From assembly GCA_023134715.1 (NCBI GenBank), contig JAGLUP010000002.1:15906-79905 (forward strand): a stretch of 64,000 nt of DNA, in the 5' to 3' direction. The notes under the pieces are model-generated. The model was not told where the DNA came from. It was given only the letters and a program-made list of their open reading frames with translations, and did not search any database. Both the position numbers and the translations under genes were made by a program. The DNA is from Candidatus Parcubacteria bacterium (lineage in GTDB: Bacteria; Patescibacteriota; Minisyncoccia; Minisyncoccales; JAGLUP01). Below, piece by piece: positions 36,953-46,554 of the stretch. Every line of letters starts with the position of its first letter. Position 1 is the stretch's first letter.

Positions 36953-38614
36953 ATGAAAAATTGGAGAATTAATCTTATTTTGGCTTTTATATTATTATTT
37001 GGAGCGGTTATTATTGGCCGCTTGTTTTATATCCAAATAGTAGACCACAACTACTACCTTGCTTTAGCCAAAGGACAGCATAAATTCTTAGAAGAAATTA
37101 GCGGCCGAAGAGGCGAAGTTTTTTTTCAAAATAAAACAGAAACATTAGCAATCAATAAAAATCAAGAACTAATTTTCATTTCCCCTAAAGAAATTGAAAA
37201 TCAAGAAGAAACAGCTGATAAGTTGGCTGAAATTCTTGGCTTAGAAAAAGATGTCATTTTAGAAAAAACTAAAAAAGATACTTTTTATGAATTGATAAAA
37301 AATAAGTTAAGCCCGGAAGAAATAGAGGATTTAAAAAAAATAAATTTAACAGGAGTTCATCTGCGACAAGTTCCAGGAAGATATTACACTCAAGGACTTT
37401 TGGCCGCGCATATAATAGGATTTTTGGGCGGAGACAAACAAGGTCAATACGGTATAGAGGGATACCATAATGACTTGCTAAAAGGAGAACAGGGTTTGCG
37501 AGAAAAAGAAAAAAGTCCATGGGGCTTTTCTTTTTTTCAAGAAAATTCTGCTCCAGCGCTAAAAGGAACAGACATTGTCTTGACTATTGATTATAATATC
37601 CAATTTAAAGCGGAAAAATTATTAAAACAAGCTAAAGAAAATTTAGATATTGAATCAGGAACAATTATAGTCATAGAGCCAGATACAGGAAAAATTCTTA
37701 CTATGGCTAATTTCCCGAGCTTTAATCCTAATGAATATTCAAAAATTGAAGATTTTGAAATTTTTCAAAATTCTGCCATTCAAAAACTTTATGAACCAGG
37801 CTCTGTTATGAAACCATTTACTATGGCAGCTGCTTTAAATGAAGGAAAAATAACTCCTGAGACAACTTATATTGATGAAGGAAAATTAACAATTAAAGAC
37901 CGAACTATTTATAATTATAACTTAAGTGTCTGGGGCGAAATGACAATGACAAATGTTTTGGAAAAATCAATCAATACTGGCGCGGTTTTTGCTGAAAGCC
38001 AAGTTGGGCATAATATTTTCTTAGATTATTTGGAAAAATTCGGCTTTTTTAATTCAACTGATATTGATTTACAAGGAGAGAGTTATTCGCAAAATAAAGA
38101 ATTGAAAAAGGGCTATGAAATAAATTTTGCTACTGCTTCTTATGGCCAAGGGATTGAAATGACGCCAATTCAGTTAGCCCGGGCTTTTTCCAGTATTGCC
38201 AACGGAGGAAAAATAATTAAACCTTATATAGTAGAAAATGAAAATCAGCCGCAGATTCTTAATAGGCCAATCTCTAAAAAAACCTCTTCTCAATTAACAG
38301 CTATGCTGGTAAGCGTAACAGAAAACGGTTTTGCTAAAAAAGCCAGGGTTCCCGGCTATTATATTGCCGGCAAAACCGGCACGGCCCAGGTTTCTTGGAG
38401 CGCCTTAGATGTTGACAAAGAGGGATATTCCGACAAAACAATCCAAAGTTTTATTGGATTTGCTCCTGCTTTTGACCCTCAATTTTTAATCTTGGTAAAA
38501 CTGGACAATCCCAAAACAAGAACAGCTGAATATTCAGCTATGCCTTGTTTTCAAAAATTAGCAAAATATATTATTGATTACTGGCAAATCCCCCCAGACC
38601 TTGAAAACTATTGA
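36953..38614 (+). CDS. ftsI: Penicillin-binding protein 2/3 class transpeptidase
   Basis: N-terminal TM helix; SxxK (GSVMKP), SxN (KSINTG) and KTG (GKTGTAQ) motifs. Confidence 0.85.
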   Translation: MKNWRINLILAFILLFGAVIIGRLFYIQIVDHNYYLALAKGQHKFLEEISGRRGEVFFQNKTETLAINKNQELIFISPKEIENQEETADKLAEILGLEKDVILEKTKKDTFYELIKNKLSPEEIEDLKKINLTGVHLRQVPGRYYTQGLLAAHIIGFLGGDKQGQYGIEGYHNDLLKGEQGLREKEKSPWGFSFFQENSAPALKGTDIVLTIDYNIQFKAEKLLKQAKENLDIESGTIIVIEPDTGKILTMANFPSFNPNEYSKIEDFEIFQNSAIQKLYEPGSVMKPFTMAAALNEGKITPETTYIDEGKLTIKDRTIYNYNLSVWGEMTMTNVLEKSINTGAVFAESQVGHNIFLDYLEKFGFFNSTDIDLQGESYSQNKELKKGYEINFATASYGQGIEMTPIQLARAFSSIANGGKIIKPYIVENENQPQILNRPISKKTSSQLTAMLVSVTENGFAKKARVPGYYIAGKTGTAQVSWSALDVDKEGYSDKTIQSFIGFAPAFDPQFLILVKLDNPKTRTAEYSAMPCFQKLAKYIIDYWQIPPDLENY

Positions 38615-38716
38615 CATTTTTGGACATTATGGTATAATTAAAAATGTTAGGAGAGAGAAACTGATTTTAGTATATTGACGAAAAACAGACCTCTCCTTTG
38701 AATGTCTGTTTTTCTT
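38611..38716 (+). promoter_or_regulatory. Promoter plus ~75-nt terminated leader/sRNA, copy 1
   Basis: TTGACA-16-TATAAT with TG extension. Next come GGAGAGAGAAACTGATTTTAGTATATTGACG and the terminator AAACAGAC-ctctcctttgaat-GTCTGTTTTT. Confidence 0.55.
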
Positions 38717-38723
38717 TATTGAT

Positions 38724-38790
38724 AGTTCTTTAAATAACAAAAAACCCTCCTTCGTTAAAAACTATGGAGGGCAAAGAAAGAAAGAGAAAA
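38724..38790 (+). repeat. Cassette 5' module (AGTTCTTTAAATAA, CCCTCC..GGAGGG hairpin, purine tract), copy C1
   Basis: Shared with 45940-46015 and 46643-46719. Confidence 0.75.
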
Positions 38791-38892
38791 AACAGAGAAG
38801 CCATCTCCGTTAAATATTCTCCTGCTGATTGAGGTTCTAAGTTTTGGACCTTAGTCAGCAGGAGGATAATTTATCCCTGCGAGGTGAAAAAG

Positions 38893-39336
38893 ATGAAAGA
38901 AAAAATGAAAACAATGATAGTGGCTATTTTAATAATAGTTACTATAGGAATTGTAGGAGCGGATGTATGGGACGCCTATTATAGCCATGTTGTCTATATT
39001 GAAGAGATAGAAGTCCACATAGCGGAAAACATAAACGTAGAGCTATTAAGTGGCGCAGATTCTGCTTTCGTATATCCTGGCAACATTTTATGCAGAACTT
39101 ACAAAATAACAAACAAAAAAGGGGTAGAACAAAAAATGATGGTTAATTTCGGAATATCAGAAGTGCCATATAGTTTATATACAGTAATTGAAGGAACAAC
39201 TGGACCTAATGAATTCTATGTTCCTCCAGGAGAAAAAATAGTGCAAGCATGCTGGAAACCTTTGGCTAATGCTCCTAGCGGGGATTATACTATGAATATA
39301 GTATTTTCCAGAATGAAGCACACCTTTCGCGGCTAA
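38893..39336 (+). CDS. Small membrane-anchored protein, cassette 1
   Basis: GAGGTGA SD 5 nt upstream of ATG 38893. The product has an N-terminal TM helix and a beta-rich body. Confidence 0.65.
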   Translation: MKEKMKTMIVAILIIVTIGIVGADVWDAYYSHVVYIEEIEVHIAENINVELLSGADSAFVYPGNILCRTYKITNKKGVEQKMMVNFGISEVPYSLYTVIEGTTGPNEFYVPPGEKIVQACWKPLANAPSGDYTMNIVFSRMKHTFRG

Positions 39337-39338
39337 AT

Positions 39339-39404
39339 AGTTTTTTTTCTTTCTTTTTTTCTTTTTTCGAGCTCATAAAACAAGGATTGTGGGTTGGAAA
39401 AAAG
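39339..39404 (+). repeat. Cassette 3' module (polypyrimidine tract plus conserved hairpin), copy a
   Basis: TTTTTTCTTTCTTTTTTT, then CTTTTTTCGAGCTCA-loop-TGGGTTGGAAAAAAG. Confidence 0.8.
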
Positions 39405-39461
39405 TGAATAAAAAATAAACAGCTCTTTTAATTAAATAAAATAAAAAAAGAGGGAAAGAAA

Positions 39462-39632
39462 ATGATTGCAATTGGTAAAACAAATTTAATAGGAGATATA
39501 CCTGGAAATCTTTCTAGGGTAATTTTAGGAAAAGATTTCTGCATGGAAAACGGTGCATTGTTAAAAATAAAAGAGGAGAGAAAGGAAACGTTGAAACGAA
39601 TTAAAAGAAATGTGGAACGTCAACGACCTTAA
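39462..39632 (+). CDS. 56-aa protein, cassette 1b
   Basis: MIAIGKTNLIGDIPGNLSRVILGKDFCMENGALLKIKEERKETLKRIKRNVERQRP. It is absent from the ORF track, and its stop is directly followed by a 3' module copy. Confidence 0.4.
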   Translation: MIAIGKTNLIGDIPGNLSRVILGKDFCMENGALLKIKEERKETLKRIKRNVERQRP

Positions 39633-39689
39633 CTCTTCTCTTTCTTCTTTTTTCGAGCTCATAAAACGGGTTTGTGGGTTGGAAAAAAG
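39633..39689 (+). repeat. Cassette 3' module, copy b
   Basis: CTCTTCTCTTTCTTC, then CTTTTTTCGAGCTCA-taaaacgggttt-GTGGGTTGGAAAAAAG. Confidence 0.8.
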
Positions 39690-39710
39690 TAGATAGAAGT
39701 AAACGAAAAA

Positions 39711-39739
39711 CTACACCGGACGGGTCGGTGTGGTTTTTT
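39711..39739 (+). terminator. Intrinsic terminator
   Basis: ACACCG-gacgggt-CGGTGT followed by GGTTTTTT. Confidence 0.65.
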
Positions 39740-39789
39740 GATTTTGTGATGGTTTTGTGTTAAATTTAATAATGAACTAATAAACACAA

Positions 39790-39861
39790 GGCCCTATCGT
39801 CTAACGGTCAGGACGCTAGATTCTCAATCTAGTAATAGGGGTTCGATTCCCCTTAGGGCTA
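39790..39861 (+). tRNA. tRNA-Glu (anticodon CUC)
   Basis: Cloverleaf: acceptor GGCCCTA/TAGGGCT, anticodon stem CTAGA/TCTAG with loop TTCTCAA, T-arm AGGGG-TTCGATT-CCCCT. Confidence 0.85.
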
Positions 39862-39907
39862 CATAAGAATAAATAAGTTCTTTTAAAATTTAAAAGAGGT
39901 GATAAAA

Positions 39908-40288
39908 ATGAAAACAACAGACGAGATTGGGGCAAAAAAGATAGAAGCAACGCACTTAATTAAGGTAGAACTAAAATTTGATAAAAATAAATGGACAGAA
40001 AAAAGTTTAAAAGAATTTGTAGATAAAAAAATGGAAGGGATAAATCCTCTATGTTTTCCTGATTTAGATTTATTTAGAGTTAAAGATGATACACTGAATG
40101 TCTGCCTATTTATTAGTTTTTTAGCCGGAGTAAAAACAACTGGAAAATTAGCCAAAGAATGGCTTGAGGGACATATAAAAGAACAAGGAATAAAAATAGA
40201 GAAAATAGAAGTAAAGGCAATGATGGATTTTATATCAAAAATACAAGGATTAAATTTCGAGTATAAATCTCGGAATTTTTTTTATTAA
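39908..40288 (+). CDS. Hypothetical protein
   Basis: AAAAGAGGTGATAAAA SD before ATG 39908 (the track gives GTG 39899). No motif recognised. Confidence 0.55.
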   Translation: MKTTDEIGAKKIEATHLIKVELKFDKNKWTEKSLKEFVDKKMEGINPLCFPDLDLFRVKDDTLNVCLFISFLAGVKTTGKLAKEWLEGHIKEQGIKIEKIEVKAMMDFISKIQGLNFEYKSRNFFY

Positions 40289-40347
40289 ATTTTTGGTTTT
40301 TGCAAAAAATAGAGAATAAGGTAGAATAAACCCAGTAGTAAAATAAT

Positions 40348-42954
40348 ATGGAAAAAGAAATTTCTTATCATGGTTTTTCTTCAGAAGAAATAATAAGACA
40401 ACTGGAAACAAATTCTGAGCAGGGTTTATCTGAAGAAGAAGTAAAATCGCGCCATAGGCAATATGGCAAAAATGCGCTTCCTAAAGAAAAACCTTTGTCT
40501 CAACTGAAAATACTTTTAGAACAAGTTCGCAGTCCTTTGATTTATATCTTAATTATTGCTGGACTTATTACTTTATCATTAAAAGATTATACTGACACTA
40601 TTGTTATTTTCGGCGCTGTCTTTTTAAACACAATCTTTGGTTATGTTCAGGAAAAAAAGGCCTCAGAGGCCCTAAGAAAGCTAAAGCAGATTTTAAAGAT
40701 TAAAATAATTGTTTTTCGGAGCGGAAAAGAAAAAATAATTTTTCAAGAAGAATTAGTACCCGGAGATATTATACTTTTAAGACCGGGCGACAAGGTTCCA
40801 GCTGACGCAAGATTAATTAATGAGCGCAATTTGAAAATAAACGAGGCGGCTCTTACCGGAGAATGGTGGACGGCTGAAAAAACCAGCAAACCGCTTCCAG
40901 AGAAAACAGCTTTAGCTGACAGAGACAATATGGTTTATATGGGTACGGTAGTAGAACAGGGACACGGAAAAGCCGTGGTTACTACTACCGGACTGCAAAC
41001 CGAGATTGGGAAAGTTGCTCAAATGCTTAGGGACGTAAAAGAGGAAAAAACTCCTTATCAAAAAAAATTAATTCGCTTTAGCAAGAAAATTGGGATTATT
41101 ATTGTTTTAATCTGTATGGGAATTTTTATTGAGGGAATGCTTACAGGCGGCGAATTTATAGAAATGTTCACTATCGCTATTGCTGTAGCCGTGTCTGTCA
41201 TTCCAGAAGGGCTTCCAATGGCAATGACAGTAATTTTGTCTTTAGGGATGACAAGAATCTTAAAAAAGAAAGGATTGGTAAGAAAATTAGCTTCGGCTGA
41301 AACGCTCGGCTCAACTTCAATAATTCTCACTGATAAAACAGGGACTTTAACCGAGGCAAAAATGAAAGTAGCCGGAATTTTTAATGCCGCAAAACAAATT
41401 GAAATCAAAGACGAATCTTATATCTTGGCTATAAAAATCGCTACATTGTGCAGTGAAGCGTTTATTGAAAATCCTGAAGAATCTTTGGAAAAATGGGTTG
41501 TCCAAGGGAGACCCACAGATAAAGCATTGCTTCTGGCAGGAATTCAAGCCGGACTTTCTAAAAATAAGCTTGAAAAGGAAGAGCCAAAAATTGACGAAAT
41601 TAGCTTTAGCCCTGTTTATAAATACTCGGCAGTCCTACATAAATTTTCTAAAAACAAAAATATATTGTATGTCTTGGGCGCTCCAGAAATAATTTTAGAA
41701 AAATCAAAATTATCTAAATCACAGCGAGAAAAGTTAATTAAAAAAGAAGAAAGCTTAAGTAATAAAGGATTAAGGGTTTTAGCTGTCGCTTATAAAAAAT
41801 GCGCGGCTGAAAACGAAATCAAGCCCGAAGATGTTGATAAATTAATTTTTGTTGGATTTATTGGACTGCATGATCCAATTAGAAAAGGCGCGAAAAAAGC
41901 GATTAAGGTTTGTCGTCAAGCCGGACTGAAAACAATCATTATTACCGGCGACCATAAATTAACCGCAAAATCAGTAGCTAAAGAATTAGGTATTTTTGTA
42001 AAAGAAAAAAATATTTTGGAAGGAAATGAGTTGAAAGATTTAAGTGACGATGAATTAGAAAATAAGATAAAAGACATTAAAATATACGCCAGAGTAGAGC
42101 CAAAACAAAAATTAAGAATTGTTAAGGCGTGGCAAAATAAGGGAGAAGTGGTGGCAATGACTGGAGACGGTATAAACGACGCTCCAGCGCTAAAACAAGC
42201 TGATATAGGAGTAGCTTTGGGAACAGGTACCGAGGTGGCAAAAGAAGCGTCTGATTTGGTTCTTTTAACTAATGATTTTGCTATTATCGTATCCGCAATT
42301 GAAGAGGGCAGAATAATTATTGATAATATCAGAAAAGTAATCACTTATTTGTTTTCTGGCGGTTTTACTGAAATAATTTTAATTGGAATCTCTCTTTTTT
42401 TCGGCTGGCCTCTGCCAATTTTAGCCGGCCAAATTTTATGGATAAATATTATTGAAGACGGACCGCTCGGCATCTGTCTGGCTTTTGAAAAAAAAGAAAA
42501 AGATGTAATGAAGCAAAAACTTCAAGGCCATGATATTCCTCTTTTGACTAAAGAAATGAAAAATCTAATTTTCATTATTGGATTTCTTAATTTCTTGCTT
42601 CTCTTAGCGCTGTTTTTTTGGCTTTTGAAATATTCAGGTTATGAAATTTCTCATATTAGATCAGTTATTTTTGCCGGCTTAACCATAGATTCAATTTTCT
42701 ATGTTTTTTCCTGTAAAAGCTTGAGACGCAATTTATGGCATATTAATCCTTTATCTAATAAATTCCTGATTGGCGCATGGCTATTTGGCATTATAATGCT
42801 GTTAACAGCGCTTTATCTTCCTCCTTTACAAACGCTTCTTAAAACAGTCCCTCTAAATCTTCTTGACTGGACATTACTCTTAGGATTGGGCATCTTAAAT
42901 ATAATTTTAATTGAAGCCGTAAAATGGCGCTTCATTACCAAAATAAAAAAATGA
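40348..42954 (+). CDS. P-type cation-transporting ATPase (type IIA, Ca2+-like)
   Basis: DKTGTLT phosphorylation motif, TGDGINDAPAL and PEGLP. Confidence 0.9.
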   Translation: MEKEISYHGFSSEEIIRQLETNSEQGLSEEEVKSRHRQYGKNALPKEKPLSQLKILLEQVRSPLIYILIIAGLITLSLKDYTDTIVIFGAVFLNTIFGYVQEKKASEALRKLKQILKIKIIVFRSGKEKIIFQEELVPGDIILLRPGDKVPADARLINERNLKINEAALTGEWWTAEKTSKPLPEKTALADRDNMVYMGTVVEQGHGKAVVTTTGLQTEIGKVAQMLRDVKEEKTPYQKKLIRFSKKIGIIIVLICMGIFIEGMLTGGEFIEMFTIAIAVAVSVIPEGLPMAMTVILSLGMTRILKKKGLVRKLASAETLGSTSIILTDKTGTLTEAKMKVAGIFNAAKQIEIKDESYILAIKIATLCSEAFIENPEESLEKWVVQGRPTDKALLLAGIQAGLSKNKLEKEEPKIDEISFSPVYKYSAVLHKFSKNKNILYVLGAPEIILEKSKLSKSQREKLIKKEESLSNKGLRVLAVAYKKCAAENEIKPEDVDKLIFVGFIGLHDPIRKGAKKAIKVCRQAGLKTIIITGDHKLTAKSVAKELGIFVKEKNILEGNELKDLSDDELENKIKDIKIYARVEPKQKLRIVKAWQNKGEVVAMTGDGINDAPALKQADIGVALGTGTEVAKEASDLVLLTNDFAIIVSAIEEGRIIIDNIRKVITYLFSGGFTEIILIGISLFFGWPLPILAGQILWINIIEDGPLGICLAFEKKEKDVMKQKLQGHDIPLLTKEMKNLIFIIGFLNFLLLLALFFWLLKYSGYEISHIRSVIFAGLTIDSIFYVFSCKSLRRNLWHINPLSNKFLIGAWLFGIIMLLTALYLPPLQTLLKTVPLNLLDWTLLLGLGILNIILIEAVKWRFITKIKK

Positions 42955-43415
42955 TTCCTGAATTAAAAATTTTCTTAATCGCTATGACTCCATTCGGAGA
43001 ACTAAGAGCGGCGATTCCAATTGCTCTTGAGATTTATAAGCTTCCAATTTGGTCAGCTTATTTTTGGTCGGTTTTAGGAAATTTAGTGCCTGTAATTTTA
43101 ATTTTAAAAGGATTAAAAATAACTTCAGAATACCTTTCTCACAGGATTTATTTTTTTAATAGATTTTTCGCCTGGCTTTTTGAAAGAACCAGAAATAATC
43201 ATGCTCAAAAAGTTAAAAAATGGAAAGAATGGGTATTGATAGCTTTAGTAGCTATTCCATTGCCTTTTACCGGAGCGTGGACTGGAAGTTTAGTTGCTTT
43301 TGTTTTTGGATTTCCTTTTAGAAAAGCGTTTCCTTTAATTGTTCTTGGCGTAATGATTGCTGGAATTATTGTAACTTTTACGACTTTGCTGATAACTAAA
43401 GGATTAACCCCTTGA
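42951..43415 (+). CDS. Small multidrug-export-like membrane protein (COG2426-type)
   Basis: MIPELKIFLIAMTPFGELRAAIPIAL. Its ATGA overlaps the ATPase stop. The product has four hydrophobic helices. Confidence 0.6.
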   Translation: MIPELKIFLIAMTPFGELRAAIPIALEIYKLPIWSAYFWSVLGNLVPVILILKGLKITSEYLSHRIYFFNRFFAWLFERTRNNHAQKVKKWKEWVLIALVAIPLPFTGAWTGSLVAFVFGFPFRKAFPLIVLGVMIAGIIVTFTTLLITKGLTP

Positions 43416-43518
43416 CATTTTTTCGCTTTATGATATAATTATAATTGTTAAGGAGAGAGAAACTGATTTTAGTATATTGACGAAAAACAGACCTCTCCCT
43501 TAGATGTCTGTTTTTCTT
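43412..43518 (+). promoter_or_regulatory. Promoter plus ~75-nt terminated leader/sRNA, copy 2
   Basis: TTGACA-16-TATAAT. The transcribed part is nearly identical to copy 1. Confidence 0.55.
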
Positions 43519-43668
43519 TATTGATAGTTCTTTAAGTAAAAAAAAGAAAGAGAAATGAAATCTTCAGGGCAGTAAATTGATAATTAATAATTAATTATTA
43601 GCTTAATGCTCTGAAGAAATTTGATAATGTCAGGTTTTCTGGTGATGGCAGATATATTGAGGTAAAAA

Positions 43669-44004
43669 ATGGATACAAAATGGAAAATATTATGGATAAT
43701 AGTGGTCTTGGGATTGCTTGCGATATACCCTGTTGCGCTTCATACAAGCGGGACCAGTAAGGAAATAACAGTGAAAGAAAAATGGGTGAAATACCACAGA
43801 GAAGATGCTAAATATTTATTCTCCGATGAAGAGAATAATGTATATAGTATTGAAGATTCTATTTGGCTTATAAAATTTGATGCGTCAGATAGATATGCAA
43901 AGATAACAGAAGGAAAGAGATATCTTATCAAAACATATGGCTGGAGAATTCGGATATTATCATCCTATTCAAATGCTATGGGAATTACTGAAATATCTAA
44001 CTAA
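43669..44004 (+). CDS. Small membrane-anchored protein, cassette 2
   Basis: GAGGTAAAAA before the ATG. The product has an N-terminal TM helix and is followed by a 3' module. Confidence 0.65.
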   Translation: MDTKWKILWIIVVLGLLAIYPVALHTSGTSKEITVKEKWVKYHREDAKYLFSDEENNVYSIEDSIWLIKFDASDRYAKITEGKRYLIKTYGWRIRILSSYSNAMGITEISN

Positions 44005-44007
44005 TAA

Positions 44008-44069
44008 TTTTTTCTTTCTTTTTTTCTTTTTTCGAGCTCATAAAACAATGTTTGTGGGTTGGAAAAAAG
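44008..44069 (+). repeat. Cassette 3' module, copy c
   Basis: Polypyrimidine tract plus CTTTTTTCGAGCTCA-taaaacaatgttt-GTGGGTTGGAAAAAAG. Confidence 0.8.
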
Positions 44070-44115
44070 AAAAATTAAATTGACTTTTTAGGATGAAAAT
44101 GTTAATTTGATAGTA

Positions 44116-45105
44116 ATGTCAGATATTGTTTTAATTTTAACAATTTTTTTAATTATTGCCGGAGGAATAGGATTTTTATTTTTTTTCTTTAAAAAAGAAA
44201 TTGAGAAACTTGGAGAGAAAAAAGATGATGATTCTTTGACAAAAATAATAGAAAAACAAATCACTCAAAGCACTAAGGTTATTGAAAATGTTACTGAAAA
44301 ATTAACCAAATTAGAAAATACGAATAAACAGGTAGTCGGTTTTGCGCAGCAGCTGCAGTCATTGGAAAATATTTTAAAAAATCCAAAGCAGAGAGGAATT
44401 TTAGGGGAGTATTACCTGGAAGAATTATTGAAAAATGTTTTCAGTCCTAATCAATACCAGATGCAATATGCGTTTAAAGACGGACAAATAGTTGACGCGG
44501 CAATTTTTATTAAAGATAAAATTCTTCCGATTGATTCAAAGTTTTCTTTAGAAAATTATAATAAAATTGTTGAAGAAAAAGACGCTTTCAGGCGAGAACA
44601 GCTGGAAAAAATATTTAAACAAGATTTAAAAAATAGAATAGACGAAACAGCTAAATATGTTAGACCAGAAGAGGGGACTCTTGATTTCGCGTTTATGTTT
44701 ATACCGGCCGAGGCGATTTATTATGATTTGTTAGTCAATAAAGTCGGAGCGGTTAAAAGCAATACACGGGACCTTGTTAATTACGCAGTAAGAGAAAAGC
44801 ATGTTCATATTGTTTCGCCAACATCTTTTTACGCTTATCTGCAAACAATTTTACAGGGATTGCGGGCTATGCAAATTGAAGAGTCAGCAAAAGAAATTCG
44901 CAAAGGAGTTGAAATGCTCGGACGGCATATAGTAAGTTATGAAGAATATATGCAAAAGCTGGGAAATAATCTCGGCACGACTGTAAACGCTTACAATAAA
45001 AGTTATAAAGAATTGAGTAAAATAGACAAAGATATAGCTAAAATTACTCAAGGTAAAAAAACAATTAAACCATTAGAATTAGAAAAACCAGAACAAAACT
45101 TATGA
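44116..45105 (+). CDS. rmuC: DNA recombination protein RmuC
   Basis: N-terminal TM helix and coiled coil. The nuclease-like core is DFAFMFIPAEAIYYDL. The start is set to ATG 44116. Confidence 0.8.
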   Translation: MSDIVLILTIFLIIAGGIGFLFFFFKKEIEKLGEKKDDDSLTKIIEKQITQSTKVIENVTEKLTKLENTNKQVVGFAQQLQSLENILKNPKQRGILGEYYLEELLKNVFSPNQYQMQYAFKDGQIVDAAIFIKDKILPIDSKFSLENYNKIVEEKDAFRREQLEKIFKQDLKNRIDETAKYVRPEEGTLDFAFMFIPAEAIYYDLLVNKVGAVKSNTRDLVNYAVREKHVHIVSPTSFYAYLQTILQGLRAMQIEESAKEIRKGVEMLGRHIVSYEEYMQKLGNNLGTTVNAYNKSYKELSKIDKDIAKITQGKKTIKPLELEKPEQNL

Positions 45106-45422
45106 GTTTAGCAGTAATTAGAACCGGCGGGAAGCAGTATTTGGTTTCCACGGGACAAAAACTAAAAATTGAGAAATTAGATATAGATGAGGGGAAAGAA
45201 GTAGAGTTTCCAGAGGTTTTGTTGTTGGAGAAAAATAAAAAACTGGAGATTGGAACTCCTTTTGTTAAGGGCGCAAAAGTTCTTGGAAAAATTTTAAAAC
45301 AGGCCAGAGCTAAAAAAGTAATCATTTTCAAATATAAAGCCAAAAAACGCTACAAGAAAAAAACAGGACACAGGCAATCCTTTACTGAAGTGGAGATAAC
45401 TAAGATAGAAAAAGAAAAGTAA
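45102..45422 (+). CDS. rplU: 50S ribosomal protein L21
   Basis: AVIRTGGKQYLVSTGQKLKIEKL..GHRQSFTEVEI. Confidence 0.9.
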   Translation: MSLAVIRTGGKQYLVSTGQKLKIEKLDIDEGKEVEFPEVLLLEKNKKLEIGTPFVKGAKVLGKILKQARAKKVIIFKYKAKKRYKKKTGHRQSFTEVEITKIEKEK

Positions 45423-45426
45423 AAAA

Positions 45427-45465
45427 AGGTTCAAATTCCGACGATCGCGCTAATTTGAACCTTTT
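45427..45465 (+). terminator. Intrinsic terminator after rplU
   Basis: AGGTTCAAATT..AATTTGAACCT followed by TTTT. Confidence 0.7.
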
Positions 45466-45511
45466 GAAAACTAAAATTATTGCAGACATTGCAAATATTT
45501 TCAAAAAACGC

Positions 45512-45617
45512 TTGACATTTTTTCATTATGTGGTATAATTAAAACATAAATGGAGAGAGAAATTTGTCATTAAATAACAAACGACTCTTCCATTTTTGGA
45601 GAGTCGTTTGTTATTTC
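45512..45617 (+). promoter_or_regulatory. Promoter plus terminated leader/sRNA, copy 3 (divergent)
   Basis: TTGACA-16-TATAAT, then GGAGAGAGAAATTTG and the hairpin AACAAACGACTCTTCC-attttt-GGAGAGTCGTTTGTT. Confidence 0.5.
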
Positions 45618-45655
45618 AGCTCTTTAGTTTCCAGCTCTTTTTTTAAAAAAAGAAA

Positions 45656-45793
45656 ATGAAAAAACCAACCACGGAAATAGAAGGAAATAAAAAACCAACC
45701 ACAACGACAGAAGCTATGGCAGAAACTATGATAGTTATTGCAGGAACTCCTGTACCCGCTAGTCAGGCAAAACAATATAGAGCAATATTCTAA
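45656..45793 (+). CDS. Possible 45-aa peptide
   Basis: MKKPTTEIEGNKKPTTTTEAMAETMIVIAGTPVPASQAKQYRAIF. The SD is weak, and a terminator follows. Confidence 0.25.
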   Translation: MKKPTTEIEGNKKPTTTTEAMAETMIVIAGTPVPASQAKQYRAIF

Positions 45794-45807
45794 ATTTTCT
45801 TTTTTAA

Positions 45808-45846
45808 GAGACGGTAAAACCAAATTTATTTGTGTTTTACCGTCTC
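45808..45846 (+). terminator. Intrinsic terminator-like hairpin
   Basis: GAGACGGTAAAAC..GTTTTACCGTCTC. Confidence 0.55.
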
Positions 45847-45939
45847 AACCTTATTTTCAATAGCAACGAGAGAATTCTTTTTAAACAAAATGCACACGTC
45901 AGGTCTGTGTAAATTTGAAAAGAGCTCTCTCCTTGTTAG

Positions 45940-46015
45940 AAATAAAAAAAACAGTTCTTTAAATAAAAAAACCCTCCTTCGTTAAAACTATGGAGGGCAA
46001 AGAAAGAAAGAGAAA
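45940..46015 (+). repeat. Cassette 5' module, copy C3
   Basis: AAATAAAAAAAACAGTTCTTTAAATAAAAAAACCCTCCTTCGTTAAAACTATGGAGGGCAAAGAAAGAAAGAGAAA. Confidence 0.8.
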
Positions 46016-46132
46016 TGAAATCTTCAGGGCAGTGAATTGATAATTAAACAATTAATTGTCAGTTTAATGCTCTGAAGAAATCTGATAATGTCAGATTTTC
46101 TGGTGACGGCAGATATATATTGAGGTGAAAGA

Positions 46133-46552
46133 ATGGATATTGGTCTTATTAGCAGTATGGCAATACTTTTTCTACTTGGAATGGTAGGATTGGCAAATGC
46201 GACACTTGCAGAAGAAAAAAATAGACGAGCTGTGTCCGCTGGAATTGGAATGATTGCGTGGCTTGCCCTTGGTGCCACAGCTACGACTCAAGTAATGGAT
46301 GCAGGTTCTCCAGCAGGGATTGATGAGCTAAAGATCGGTGGAGAATATCATGTCAATTATGTAGAGTATTCTTGCGCATCGATTGACTTGCTCCTTCAGG
46401 CAGTAGAAGAGGATGAAGAGAAGACAGAACCAATACATGTAAGGATAGAAAGATCAAGGAGACAAGACTACTTGAATCAACATGATATGGTTATTGTGAC
46501 GAACGAGAAAAATCTAAAAATTACCCGTCGTCATGATAACGCAATGGGCTAA
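46133..46552 (+). CDS. Small membrane protein, cassette 3
   Basis: GAGGTGAAAGA before the ATG. The product has two N-terminal hydrophobic helices and is followed by a 3' module. Confidence 0.65.
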   Translation: MDIGLISSMAILFLLGMVGLANATLAEEKNRRAVSAGIGMIAWLALGATATTQVMDAGSPAGIDELKIGGEYHVNYVEYSCASIDLLLQAVEEDEEKTEPIHVRIERSRRQDYLNQHDMVIVTNEKNLKITRRHDNAMG

Positions 46553-46554
46553 AT

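Noticed and set aside
45611-45823. 70-aa minus-strand ORF after leader copy 3.
   Set aside because: The translation is Cys/Phe-rich and implausible, and it lies opposite a promoter-oriented plus-strand unit. The plus-strand 45-aa ORF is itself only weakly supported.
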